Virus record (IMG/VR): IMGVR_UViG_3300022750_000190
Direction: 5' to 3' (one strand)
Source: a virus
Lineage: Duplodnaviria > Heunggongvirae > Uroviricota > Caudoviricetes
Length of the DNA stretch: 64,000 nt
The notes beneath the pieces were generated by a model that did no database searches, was not told the origin of the DNA, and worked only from the letters and a program-made list of their open reading frames with translations. The position numbers and the translations under genes were made by a program. Below, in pieces: positions 1-5,950 of the stretch. How positions within the stretch are numbered: the first letter of the stretch is position 1; each line of letters starts with the position of its first letter.

Positions 1-258
1 GTTGGTGTTTCAAAAGAAGCTCATGAAGAACTTTCCAAACTGGGTAAAGGCTCTGAAACTATTGCCGAGTTAAGCATCTTTAAATTGGCTAATGGATTGC
101 ATGCTTTTGCTACTTTTGGTGGTCAGTATTGCCTTATTAACACAGAAGATGCAGATACTTGCCGAGATTTCGTTGTTCCTTCAATTGATAATTTTCAATT
201 AATTGATAATACTTCGCCAGAAGGTGCTGTCGAAGCTATTGATGATATGGATGAATAA
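1..258 (+). CDS. 3' end of a gene running off the window start (partial, no start codon in window)
   Basis: Frame 1 is open from nt 1 to a TAA at 256-258 (86 codons). It is not in the ORF track because it has no in-window start. It ends 1 nt before the next ATG. Confidence 0.4.
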   Translation, partial: VGVSKEAHEELSKLGKGSETIAELSIFKLANGLHAFATFGGQYCLINTEDADTCRDFVVPSIDNFQLIDNTSPEGAVEAIDDMDE

Positions 259-259
259 C

Positions 260-1285
260 ATGAGCGATTCACGGAAAGAGAAAACAGCTTTTTTCTTAAT
301 CAAGAAATTTGAAATGCTCTTTCCTGAATTTGAGCATGATCTGAACATTGATGATCTTGTTGATAAACTCGACAAAATAAAATATTGCCAGATATCGGGA
401 CGTATTTTTAGAAGCTCTAACAAGAGTGATATCTATATTGTCCCTATTCTTCCATTTAATCATAAAATGCTTGTTACAATTGAGCGTGTTGCATTCATAT
501 GCAAAGATGCAAAAAGATTTTATCGTAAGATTTTTGAATACATTATTGAAAACCCAAATTCAGAAAATACTGAACAATTTCGTGATATGAAACTTATTTT
601 TAATACTACGAGAAATGTTGCTATCGAAAAAAACAATAATAAAACAAAAAATGAACAATCTGATTTTACAGATGAACCACTTGATTATGAACAGTTAATC
701 GCAAAAGCAAGCATCAAAACCTCAAATGACCTTCGTAGACAAAATTTATCAATCATCAGAAAAGAAATCGAAGAACCTTTTAAATTATTCAACTCTAGGT
801 TTCGGAATATTGAAATAGATGTATTTCCTGAATCTGTTATCAGATTTAAAATCCGAAGATGCCAGCAACGCTCCTTGGACAAAGGACTTTCTTGCAACAT
901 GACGTTTGAAAACACAAAAGATATTTTCTCAGCAACTCATTGCGCATTAACAGGCATGTTATTAGACAAAGGTCCGAATAATTCCGAACCAAAGGTTAAT
1001 ACTTTTTCCATAGACCGAATTAACAGGTTTGAAGGTTACAACATCCATAATATTATGGTTTTGTGCCATGAGGCTAATAAAATAAAAGGCAACCTTGAAA
1101 AAAGAAATTATTCAGAAAGTATTGAACAGATTACCAATATACTTCAAAAAACAAAAAAACTTGTTATTGAGCAACATCAAAGAAATCCAAATTTACAATT
1201 TACTAAAAGTAAAAAAATAAATAAAATTATTTCTGATTATGAATCTAGAAAACAAGAAGACGATAGTTGTCGTTGTGCTTTTTAA
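260..1285 (+). CDS. HNH homing-endonuclease-like protein
   Basis: C-terminal ...NRFEGYNIHNIMVLCHEANKIKGN matches the HNH pattern H-N...LC..CN..KG. ATG at 260 follows the upstream stop; the track ORF begins at TTG 203. Confidence 0.65.
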   Translation: MSDSRKEKTAFFLIKKFEMLFPEFEHDLNIDDLVDKLDKIKYCQISGRIFRSSNKSDIYIVPILPFNHKMLVTIERVAFICKDAKRFYRKIFEYIIENPNSENTEQFRDMKLIFNTTRNVAIEKNNNKTKNEQSDFTDEPLDYEQLIAKASIKTSNDLRRQNLSIIRKEIEEPFKLFNSRFRNIEIDVFPESVIRFKIRRCQQRSLDKGLSCNMTFENTKDIFSATHCALTGMLLDKGPNNSEPKVNTFSIDRINRFEGYNIHNIMVLCHEANKIKGNLEKRNYSESIEQITNILQKTKKLVIEQHQRNPNLQFTKSKKINKIISDYESRKQEDDSCRCAF

Positions 1286-1347
1286 TACTGGACAAATAAT
1301 TGTTTTTTTGATAAAATACTAACACACACCACTAGATACCAAACTAC

Positions 1348-1707
1348 ATGAAAAAGCTAAAACTTTCAGCACTACCTATTGAAACTCAACTATACCTCAA
1401 TTCAGTTTTTAATAATAAAAGTTCTCTTGAAAATAAAGAAAGCTTTACATATTGCCTTCGCATGTTTTGGATTTGCCGATTTGATAAATTTCGTGCAGAA
1501 GAAAAGAAACATTTTAATATTATCTCTACTCACTTTGTAGATGATACTTTCAAATATAATTTTGATAATGCTCCTGCTGTTCTTATCGAATGCGACAATC
1601 ACATGCGCCTTTCCAATGAAATCTTCGATTATATCTATAATATCTATTTTCCAGTAGACAAAAAATCAACATCATTGTTTTCAAAAATCAAAAAAATATT
1701 CAAATAG
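1348..1707 (+). CDS. hypothetical protein
   Basis: 119-aa ORF immediately upstream of the first tRNA promoter. Confidence 0.45.
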   Translation: MKKLKLSALPIETQLYLNSVFNNKSSLENKESFTYCLRMFWICRFDKFRAEEKKHFNIISTHFVDDTFKYNFDNAPAVLIECDNHMRLSNEIFDYIYNIYFPVDKKSTSLFSKIKKIFK

Positions 1708-1788
1708 ATGGCTCTGTTCAATCAGAACTTGTTAATCTTTCACATTAAAAATAAACGCTAAGACATTGAAAAATATCAAAAATAGTTG

Positions 1789-1817
1789 TTGACAAGCTTT
1801 GCTTCTCTTAGTAGAAT
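1789..1817 (+). promoter_or_regulatory. sigma70-like promoter TTGACA-17-TAGAAT driving tRNA-Leu
   Basis: TTGACA at 1789-1794, 17-nt spacer, TAGAAT at 1812-1817. An AAAAATAGTTG element lies upstream and recurs at the other tRNA promoters. Confidence 0.6.
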
Positions 1818-1852
1818 AGTCCCACAAAGAGAGACAAAGCTTCAAACAATAT

Positions 1853-1937
1853 GCCCGGTTGGTGAAATTGGTAGACACATGAGACTTAAAATCTCCCGCC
1901 GAAGGGTGTGCCGGTTCGAGTCCGGCACCGGGCACCA
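1853..1937 (+). tRNA. tRNA-Leu(UAA), type II, CCA encoded (copy 1 of 3)
   Basis: Hand fold: acceptor GCCCGGU/ACCGGGC, Leu-type D-arm GGTGAAATTGGTAGAC, anticodon loop CUUAAAA, long variable arm, T-loop TTCGAGT, A73 and CCA. Confidence 0.85.
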
Positions 1938-1969
1938 AATATTAATTTATTATATGCAGGGTAATATTT

Positions 1970-2167
1970 ATGGCTGGTTATATTCATACTGACATTAAAG
2001 AAATTATGGATGACGCTGCTGATCCATCAACAGGAACAGATGATGTTAAATCATGTTTTCCTTCTACTGTTGGTTGGTCAGATGAACAGTTGAAAACGCT
2101 GAATGTGCTTCTTCAATATTCTTGGAATCGTGGCTATAAATCAGCTTGCCAAGACCTTGCAGAATAA
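1970..2167 (+). CDS. hypothetical small protein
   Basis: 65-aa ORF between tRNAs with upstream AGGGTAA. Confidence 0.4.
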   Translation: MAGYIHTDIKEIMDDAADPSTGTDDVKSCFPSTVGWSDEQLKTLNVLLQYSWNRGYKSACQDLAE

Positions 2168-2173
2168 AGCAAT

Positions 2174-2250
2174 GCCCCTTTAGCTCAGTTGGTTAGAGCG
2201 TCCGACTCATAATCGGCAGGTCGTAAGTTCAAGTCTTACAAGGGGCACCA
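2174..2250 (+). tRNA. tRNA with CAU anticodon (Met or lysidine-type Ile2), CCA encoded
   Basis: Acceptor GCCCCUU/AAGGGGC, D-arm GCTCAGTTGGTTAGAGC, anticodon loop CUCAUAA, T-arm GTAAGTTCAAGTCTTAC. The TTCAAGTCC T-arm and CTCATAATCG loop resemble bacterial tRNA-Ile2. Confidence 0.8.
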
Positions 2251-2275
2251 TTGATAAATATAGAGACTATCTAAA

Positions 2276-2599
2276 ATGGCAGAGCAAGAAAAAACTCGTT
2301 TTGAATTGTTTCATGCAAAAGCCAAATCGGATATATCGGCTTATAGAGACAATTTGAGAGGCGATGGTTCATTTGAATTTATTGCACAAGTACTTCAACT
2401 TGAAAGACTTTCTCATAAAATAAACCAAAACATGCTGAGTTATTTGTTTGGTGATATTTTGGGGCGTCATTTGGCTGTAAAATTTGCTACAGATTGTAAT
2501 CGAAACTTGTTATCTTTTTTGTCTAAATTGACTGAAGAATATAGAATTTTCATTTTGTATGAACTTAAAAATAATAAAAATTTGCTTGCTTATTGCTGA
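2276..2599 (+). CDS. hypothetical protein
   Basis: 107-aa ORF between tRNA genes. Confidence 0.45.
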   Translation: MAEQEKTRFELFHAKAKSDISAYRDNLRGDGSFEFIAQVLQLERLSHKINQNMLSYLFGDILGRHLAVKFATDCNRNLLSFLSKLTEEYRIFILYELKNNKNLLAYC

Positions 2600-2606
2600 C
2601 AAAAAT

Positions 2607-2683
2607 GGTCCCTTAGCTCAGTTGGTTAGAGCGTCCGACTCATAATCGGCAGGTCGTAGGTTCAAGTCCTACAGGGACCACCA
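2607..2683 (+). tRNA. tRNA with CAU anticodon (second species), CCA encoded
   Basis: Acceptor GGUCCCU/AGGGACC, same D-arm and anticodon-arm core as 2174-2250, T-arm GTAGGTTCAAGTCCTAC. Confidence 0.8.
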
Positions 2684-2705
2684 CTATACATATAAAGAGG
2701 TTTTA

Positions 2706-2990
2706 ATGCCGAATTTTCATGCTCACTCTCTGCCTCATAATGAGAACCTTATTGATAAGAAAGTAATTGTTTATACAAAAGACAAAATGACTATCGGTAT
2801 TCTTTGTAAAGTAGACCAAGTAGTTTATGGTGTAAAATCAACATACACAGTTATTGTTGATGAGCAACAGGTTAGAGTTCAAGGTATTTTGATTCCTTAC
2901 TCTTTAACTATTGAACATGACATCAAAGTTTCACCAGAATTAGCTACGGAAAATTTTATTTTTGCTCCATTCCGTCTAGAAGATTTTTAA
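2706..2990 (+). CDS. hypothetical protein
   Basis: 94-aa ORF with AAAGAGG about 8 nt upstream of the ATG. Confidence 0.45.
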   Translation: MPNFHAHSLPHNENLIDKKVIVYTKDKMTIGILCKVDQVVYGVKSTYTVIVDEQQVRVQGILIPYSLTIEHDIKVSPELATENFIFAPFRLEDF

Positions 2991-3053
2991 AAAATATTTT
3001 CTTAATGCTAAATTATAATGCTCCAAGTGTTTGAAAAATAAGTAAAAAAGTTG

Positions 3054-3082
3054 TTGACAAGAGTTTCGAAAGACGTTAAGAT
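3054..3082 (+). promoter_or_regulatory. sigma70-like promoter TTGACA-17-TAAGAT upstream of tRNA-Ser
   Basis: TTGACA at 3054-3059 and TAAGAT at 3077-3082. It shares the upstream element GAAAAATAAGTAAAA-AGTTGTTGACAAG with the promoter at 4521. Confidence 0.55.
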
Positions 3083-3113
3083 AGTTACACAAAGCAAGAA
3101 AATGTAATAATAT

Positions 3114-3201
3114 GGATGAATGGCCGAGTGGTTTAAGGCAGCAGTCTTGAAAACTGCCGGGTGTAACAGCCCCTAGAGTTCGAATCTCTATTCATCCGCC
3201 A
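3114..3201 (+). tRNA. tRNA-Ser(UGA), type II, CCA encoded
   Basis: Acceptor GGAUGAA/UUCAUCC, anticodon stem GCAGU/ACUGC with loop CUUGAAA, long variable arm, T-arm TAGAGTTCGAATCTCTA, G73, CCA. Confidence 0.85.
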
Positions 3202-3205
3202 ATTT

Positions 3206-3291
3206 GGGAAGTAGTTTAGCGGTTAAAACATCAAGACTCCTGCAGGCTGAGTTTTGAAGATGGGACAGTTCGAATCTGTCCTTTCCCACCA
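3206..3291 (+). tRNA. atypical tRNA-like gene (extended anticodon arm; anticodon not assignable)
   Basis: Acceptor GGGAAGU/CUUUCCC, D-arm GTTTAGCGGTTAAAAC, T-arm GACAGTTCGAATCTGTC, A73 and CCA are all tRNA-like. The anticodon region folds as a 9-bp stem UCAAGACUC/GAGUUUUGA with a 9-nt loop CUGCAGGCU. Confidence 0.35.
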
Positions 3292-3428
3292 GTTATGTGG
3301 CTTAGTCAGCGACACACCTAACCAAGAGGCTTAAGACTCTAATTAGTGGTGGTCAGGATTGTTTACGCTGGCAAACTCCTTTAGCGGGGAGATCTGAGGG
3401 TTCGAGACCCTATGGCTGCGTCGAAAAT
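3292..3428 (+). other. unassigned structured segment with an orphan T-arm-like motif (GGGTTCGAGACCC)
   Basis: T-arm-like hairpin at about 3396-3413. No complementary acceptor 5' strand was found by hand within 130 nt. Confidence 0.2.
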
Positions 3429-3505
3429 TGGTATACGGCTCTGGTGAAGAGTGTGAATCGGTCACTTAATCATGTATGTAGGTTCGAGTCCTACTATACC
3501 AGCCA
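3429..3505 (+). tRNA. tRNA-like gene, 77 nt, CCA encoded; anticodon arm could not be folded by hand
   Basis: Perfect acceptor UGGUAUA/UAUACCA, D-arm GCTC-TGGTGAA-GAGT, T-arm GTAGGTTCGAGTCCTAC, G73 and CCA. The 24-nt middle gives no canonical 5-bp stem with a 7-nt loop. Confidence 0.4.
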
Positions 3506-3604
3506 GTTTTAAATGAGATGGCGGTTCAATGCCGCTTCTGGCTCTTGCAAGTTCCGGCTGGGGTTGGTAGTATAATTTGGTAATTACGCATTTAAAACAT
3601 TTTT

Positions 3605-3681
3605 GCGTCCGTAGCTCAGTTGGATAGAGCATCCGCCTTCTAAGCGGATGGCCACTGGTTCGAGTCCAGTCGGACGCACCA
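3605..3681 (+). tRNA. tRNA-Arg(UCU), CCA encoded (copy 1 of 2)
   Basis: Acceptor GCGUCCG/CGGACGC, D-arm GCTCAGTTGGATAGAGC, anticodon stem UCCGC/GCGGA with loop CUUCUAA, T-arm ACTGGTTCGAGTCCAGT, A73, CCA. Confidence 0.85.
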
Positions 3682-3710
3682 AATCTAAAATGAAGCTTTC
3701 ATAGATTATT

Positions 3711-4243
3711 TTAGACGAGTCCTTCGGGACGCTGCATTATCGTCACAAGTGTTATCCAATATGGCAACTTCTATTGGATGAACGACGATATTGTAGGTTG
3801 GAAGTTGCAAAATTCAGGATTTAAAGAACGGTAAAACCAATGCTGATATAGGTTGGTTTTGGGCTAGTCCTTCGGGGCGCTGCATTATCGCCCAAGCGTC
3901 AATCAATATGGCAACTTCTATTGATTGAACGACGATAGTGCAGTTTTGAAGTTGTGATTTTTGTTCCAAAATACGATAGAACTATGTTTTATCCAATCCT
4001 TCGGGGTGCTTAAATATTGTCAAAGTGTCAAATAACATGGCAACTTCTGTTATATGAACGATGATATTTCGGTTTGGGAGTTGCAAGATTTGATGTTGTA
4101 AAGAACGGTAAAGGCAGTGCTGATATAGACTGACTTTGGGCTAGTCCTTCGGGGCGCTGTTACAATGCCGGTGTGTCAATCAGTATGGTGTCTTCTGTTG
4201 ATTGAATGACGTTGCTAACAGTTAGGGAAGACACATTTTTTTT
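3711..4243 (+). ncRNA. tandem array of four homologous structured RNA elements of about 140 nt, organised as a duplicated dimer, ending in an intrinsic terminator
   Basis: Units begin near 3717, 3867, 3996 and 4144, each with a UUCG-capped hairpin GUCC-UUCG-GGAC. They share a long-range helix (GCUGCAUUAUCG...CGACGAUAUUG) and an internal hairpin. The 19-mer CTAGTCCTTCGGGGCGCTG is identical at 3863 and 4141. Compensatory changes keep pairing (GCAACUUC/GAAGUUGC in units 1-3 versus GUGUCUUC/GAAGACAC in unit 4). U8 tract at 4236-4243. Confidence 0.5.
4187..4243 (+). terminator. intrinsic terminator closing the structured-RNA array
   Basis: Stem GTGTCTTC...GAAGACAC with a nested CTGTT/AACAG hairpin, followed by TTTTTTTT. 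Confidence 0.5.
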
Positions 4244-4275
4244 GTTACATTATTTTGTCACGAAGAGAGGTTATT

Positions 4276-4485
4276 ATGTCATTAGTTGAATTTGGTTTGA
4301 ATACAGGTTTTAATTATCGTCTTCAAAAAGATGCTGATGCTATTAATGATAAATACAATAACAAAATCAAAAACACTTCTTTTCGTGGTGAAATTGTAAA
4401 ACTTGATACACAAAGGCGTGATGAATTAAGCAAATTGCATACTTCACATGGCAAAAAATATCAAGGTAGGGGATTCATCGAATAA
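4276..4485 (+). CDS. hypothetical small protein
   Basis: ATG at 4276 preceded by AAGAGAGG 6 nt upstream. The track ORF starts at TTG 4255. Confidence 0.45.
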   Translation: MSLVEFGLNTGFNYRLQKDADAINDKYNNKIKNTSFRGEIVKLDTQRRDELSKLHTSHGKKYQGRGFIE

Positions 4486-4520
4486 TGCTTCAAACGATTG
4501 AAAAATAAGTAAAATAGTTG

Positions 4521-4549
4521 TTGACAAGGGTGTTGCAGGACGATAGAAT
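4521..4549 (+). promoter_or_regulatory. sigma70-like promoter TTGACA-17-TAGAAT for tRNA-Leu copy 2
   Basis: TTGACA at 4521-4526 and TAGAAT at 4544-4549. The leader TAGTCACACAAAG is shared with the copies at 1819 and 30500. Confidence 0.6.
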
Positions 4550-4580
4550 AGTCACACAAAGCGAGAAGATACAAAGCAAT

Positions 4581-4665
4581 GCCCGGTTGGTGAAATTGGT
4601 AGACACATGAGACTTAAAATCTCCCGCCGAAGGGTGTGCCGGTTCGAGTCCGGCACCGGGCACCA
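4581..4665 (+). tRNA. tRNA-Leu(UAA), copy 2 (identical to 1853-1937)
   Basis: Sequence identical to copy 1. Confidence 0.85.
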
Positions 4666-4678
4666 AATGTTGTAAAAT

Positions 4679-4762
4679 GCGTATGTGGTGGAATGGCATA
4701 CACGCTAGTCTAAGAAGCTAGTGCCGAAAGGCTTGTGGGTTCGAGTCCCATTGTACGCACCA
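4679..4762 (+). tRNA. type-II tRNA, Leu-like; anticodon reads AAG in the hand fold
   Basis: Acceptor GCGUAUG/UGUACGC (two GU pairs), anticodon stem CUAGU/GCUAG with loop CUAAGAA, 13-nt variable arm UGCCGAAAGGCUU, T-arm GTGGGTTCGAGTCCCAT, A73, CCA. A34 is unusual, so the assignment is tentative. Confidence 0.55.
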
Positions 4763-4770
4763 GAAAAAGA

Positions 4771-4799
4771 TTGACGTGATAGTTTGAATGTTGTATAAT
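4771..4799 (+). promoter_or_regulatory. sigma70-like promoter TTGACG-17-TATAAT upstream of tRNA-like RNA A
   Basis: TTGACG at 4771-4776 and TATAAT at 4794-4799. Confidence 0.6.
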
Positions 4800-4819
4800 T
4801 ATCACATATTACAGAATAT

Positions 4820-4989
4820 GGGTACTACCCAACTGGATCATTTGGCGTTGTCATACGTGCAGACAACAATATATGTGTAAGTGGGGGTTAAGCGAGATAT
4901 TAGTATTTATTGTTGGATGAGACCGCACGTACTCGGAAAGCTTTAAAGAAAGTAGTAGCTTGTTGGTTCGATTCCATCAGTATCCGCCA
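4820..4989 (+). ncRNA. tRNA-like structured RNA A, about 170 nt, with tRNA acceptor stem, T-arm and CCA (insert-containing tRNA or stable RNA)
   Basis: 5' GGGUACU pairs with 3' AGUAUCC, followed by G73 and CCA. T-arm GTTGGTTCGATTCCATC, D-arm-like CCAA-CTGGATCAT-TTGG, and a 6-bp hairpin GUUGUC-AUACGUGCA-GACAAC. Homologous to 10644-10808. Confidence 0.5.
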
Positions 4990-5001
4990 GACGTTTAAAA
5001 T

Positions 5002-5078
5002 GGGCCTTTAGCTCAGTTGGTCAGAGCACTCGACTCATAATCGATTGGTCGTAGGTTCAAGTCCTACAAGGCCCACCA
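5002..5078 (+). tRNA. tRNA with CAU anticodon (third species), CCA encoded
   Basis: Acceptor GGGCCUU/AAGGCCC, U8, D-arm GCTCAGTTGGTCAGAGC, anticodon loop CUCAUAA, T-arm GTAGGTTCAAGTCCTAC. Confidence 0.8.
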
Positions 5079-5151
5079 TTTTAAAGAATACGGGAATTGA
5101 ACTGTAAAGGTTCAAGATGATCTAGCGTAGGATAGGGGCGACGATCAAAAT

Positions 5152-5236
5152 GCAAGTGTAAAGGTGCGGTAGTGTAGCCTCTGGCAGCGACGGCATCAAG
5201 TTGGTTACGGTGGTTCGAATCCATCTTCTTGCACCA
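5152..5236 (+). tRNA. tRNA-like gene of about 85 nt with canonical T-arm and CCA; 5' half not resolvable by hand
   Basis: T-arm GGTGGTTCGAATCCATC, then UUCUUGC-A-CCA. The best 5' partner, GCAAGUG, pairs at 5-6 positions. The internal GGTAGTGTAGCC looks like a D-arm. Confidence 0.3.
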
Positions 5237-5290
5237 ATGTTGTGGCGGCTTATGCCCAAACCTACTGTAAAATGGCAAAATAAGCAATAT

Positions 5291-5379
5291 GGGGAGGTAG
5301 CTCAGTTGGTCAGAGCGAATAACATAGATTCTAGAGTCTCGTTATGATGTCGGTGGTTCGAATCCACCCCTCCCCACCA
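5291..5379 (+). tRNA. atypical tRNA-like gene, 89 nt, with a perfect tRNA frame but a 17-nt insertion in the anticodon arm
   Basis: Acceptor GGGGAGG/CCUCCCC, U8, D-arm GCTCAGTTGGTCAGAGC, T-arm GGTGGTTCGAATCCACC, A73, CCA. Anticodon stem AUAAC/GUUAU encloses AUAGAUUCUAGAGUCUC. Confidence 0.4.
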
Positions 5380-5394
5380 GCTTCATGAAACAAT

Positions 5395-5470
5395 TGGCGA
5401 ATAGCTCAGTTGGTAGAGCGACGGACTGTTAATCCGTTGGTCGTAGGTTCGAGTCCTACTCCGCCAGCCA
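5395..5470 (+). tRNA. tRNA-Asn(GUU), CCA encoded
   Basis: Acceptor UGGCGAA/UCCGCCA (one mismatch), D-arm GCTCAGTTGGTAGAGC, anticodon stem ACGGA/UCCGU with loop CUGUUAA, T-arm GTAGGTTCGAGTCCTAC, G73. Confidence 0.8.
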
Positions 5471-5527
5471 AACACGGCTCAACTTGTTTAGTTGTATAAA
5501 ACACTGTTGAGTTCTTTAAACCATACC

Positions 5528-5648
5528 TTTCACGCTTCTTTATAGCGCACCAGAAAGGTTATTGATTCATGGATATTTCACGCTTTTAAGCGCACCAGAA
5601 ATATCGAAAGAGAATACTTTTCACGCTTCTTGTAGGCGCACCAGAAAA
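5528..5648 (+). repeat. three tandem copies of a mini-hairpin motif TTTCACGC-loop-GCGCACCAGAAA
   Basis: Copies at about 5528-5556, 5577-5602 and 5619-5648, each a short CGC/GCG hairpin followed by CACCAGAAA. They resemble tRNA 3' acceptor-plus-CCA ends. Confidence 0.5.
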
Positions 5649-5655
5649 GTAGTTT

Positions 5656-5731
5656 GCCGATTTAGCTCAGTTGGTAGAGCAACCGCCTTGTAAGCGGTAG
5701 GTCGTGAGTTCGAGTCCCACAATCGGCACCA
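5656..5731 (+). tRNA. tRNA-Thr(UGU), CCA encoded
   Basis: Acceptor GCCGAUU/AAUCGGC, anticodon stem ACCGC/GCGGU with loop CUUGUAA, T-arm GTGAGTTCGAGTCCCAC, A73. Confidence 0.85.
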
Positions 5732-5830
5732 GTTTTTGTATCAGCGTTGCCACCCTAAGCAAGGTGCGGAAAAAGGCTATTGGAACATAGAGGTTCGAAT
5801 CCTCGGCAGCGTTGGTGCAGAAAGTATTAA
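5732..5830 (+). other. degenerate tRNA-like segment: T-arm GAGGTTCGAATCCTC without a matching acceptor stem
   Basis: T-arm motif at about 5789-5806. The flanks carry a direct repeat CAGCGTTG rather than complementary strands. Confidence 0.25.
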
Positions 5831-5950
5831 ATGCAGTGAAGGTCTTTGTTTTGATCTTCTTTTCCATAATCCGACCCCCTCCTAGGATTTTGGATTAGTG
5901 TCCCACTGCTAAAGACCTCTTCAGTTTATCGAAGGGGCACTATTAAAATG
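5831..5950 (+). other. structured spacer with a long-range helix GAAGGUCUUU / AAAGACCUC and a nested AAUCC/GGAUU hairpin
   Basis: 5838-5847 is complementary to 5911-5919. A possible leader for the downstream tRNA-like gene. Confidence 0.25.

Noticed and set aside
1732-1992. ORF-track entries 1732-1938(-) and 1786-1992(+) overlapping tRNA-Leu
   Set aside because: They are read straight through a canonical tRNA gene and its promoter. The same applies to 4490-4699(-), 5081-5287(-), 5667-5867(-) and the TTG-initiated 5' extension of 7362-7793.
3541-3576. TTGCAA...TATAAT promoter upstream of tRNA-Arg at 3605
   Set aside because: The spacer is 20 nt, too long for a standard sigma70 promoter. The hairpin GGCGGTTCAATGCCGC just upstream looks more like a processing or terminator element. 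It was left uncalled.
3711-4243. Possible CRISPR array
   Set aside because: The units are about 140 nt, structured and mutually divergent, with no short identical repeats separating unique spacers. No cas genes are present.
4820-4989. tmRNA or Y-RNA-like (YrlA) identity for RNA A and RNA B
   Set aside because: At about 170 nt they are too short for tmRNA, and there is no tag-peptide reading frame. In Y RNAs the termini form the Ro-binding stem, not an acceptor-CCA end. This was kept only as a comparison in the findings.
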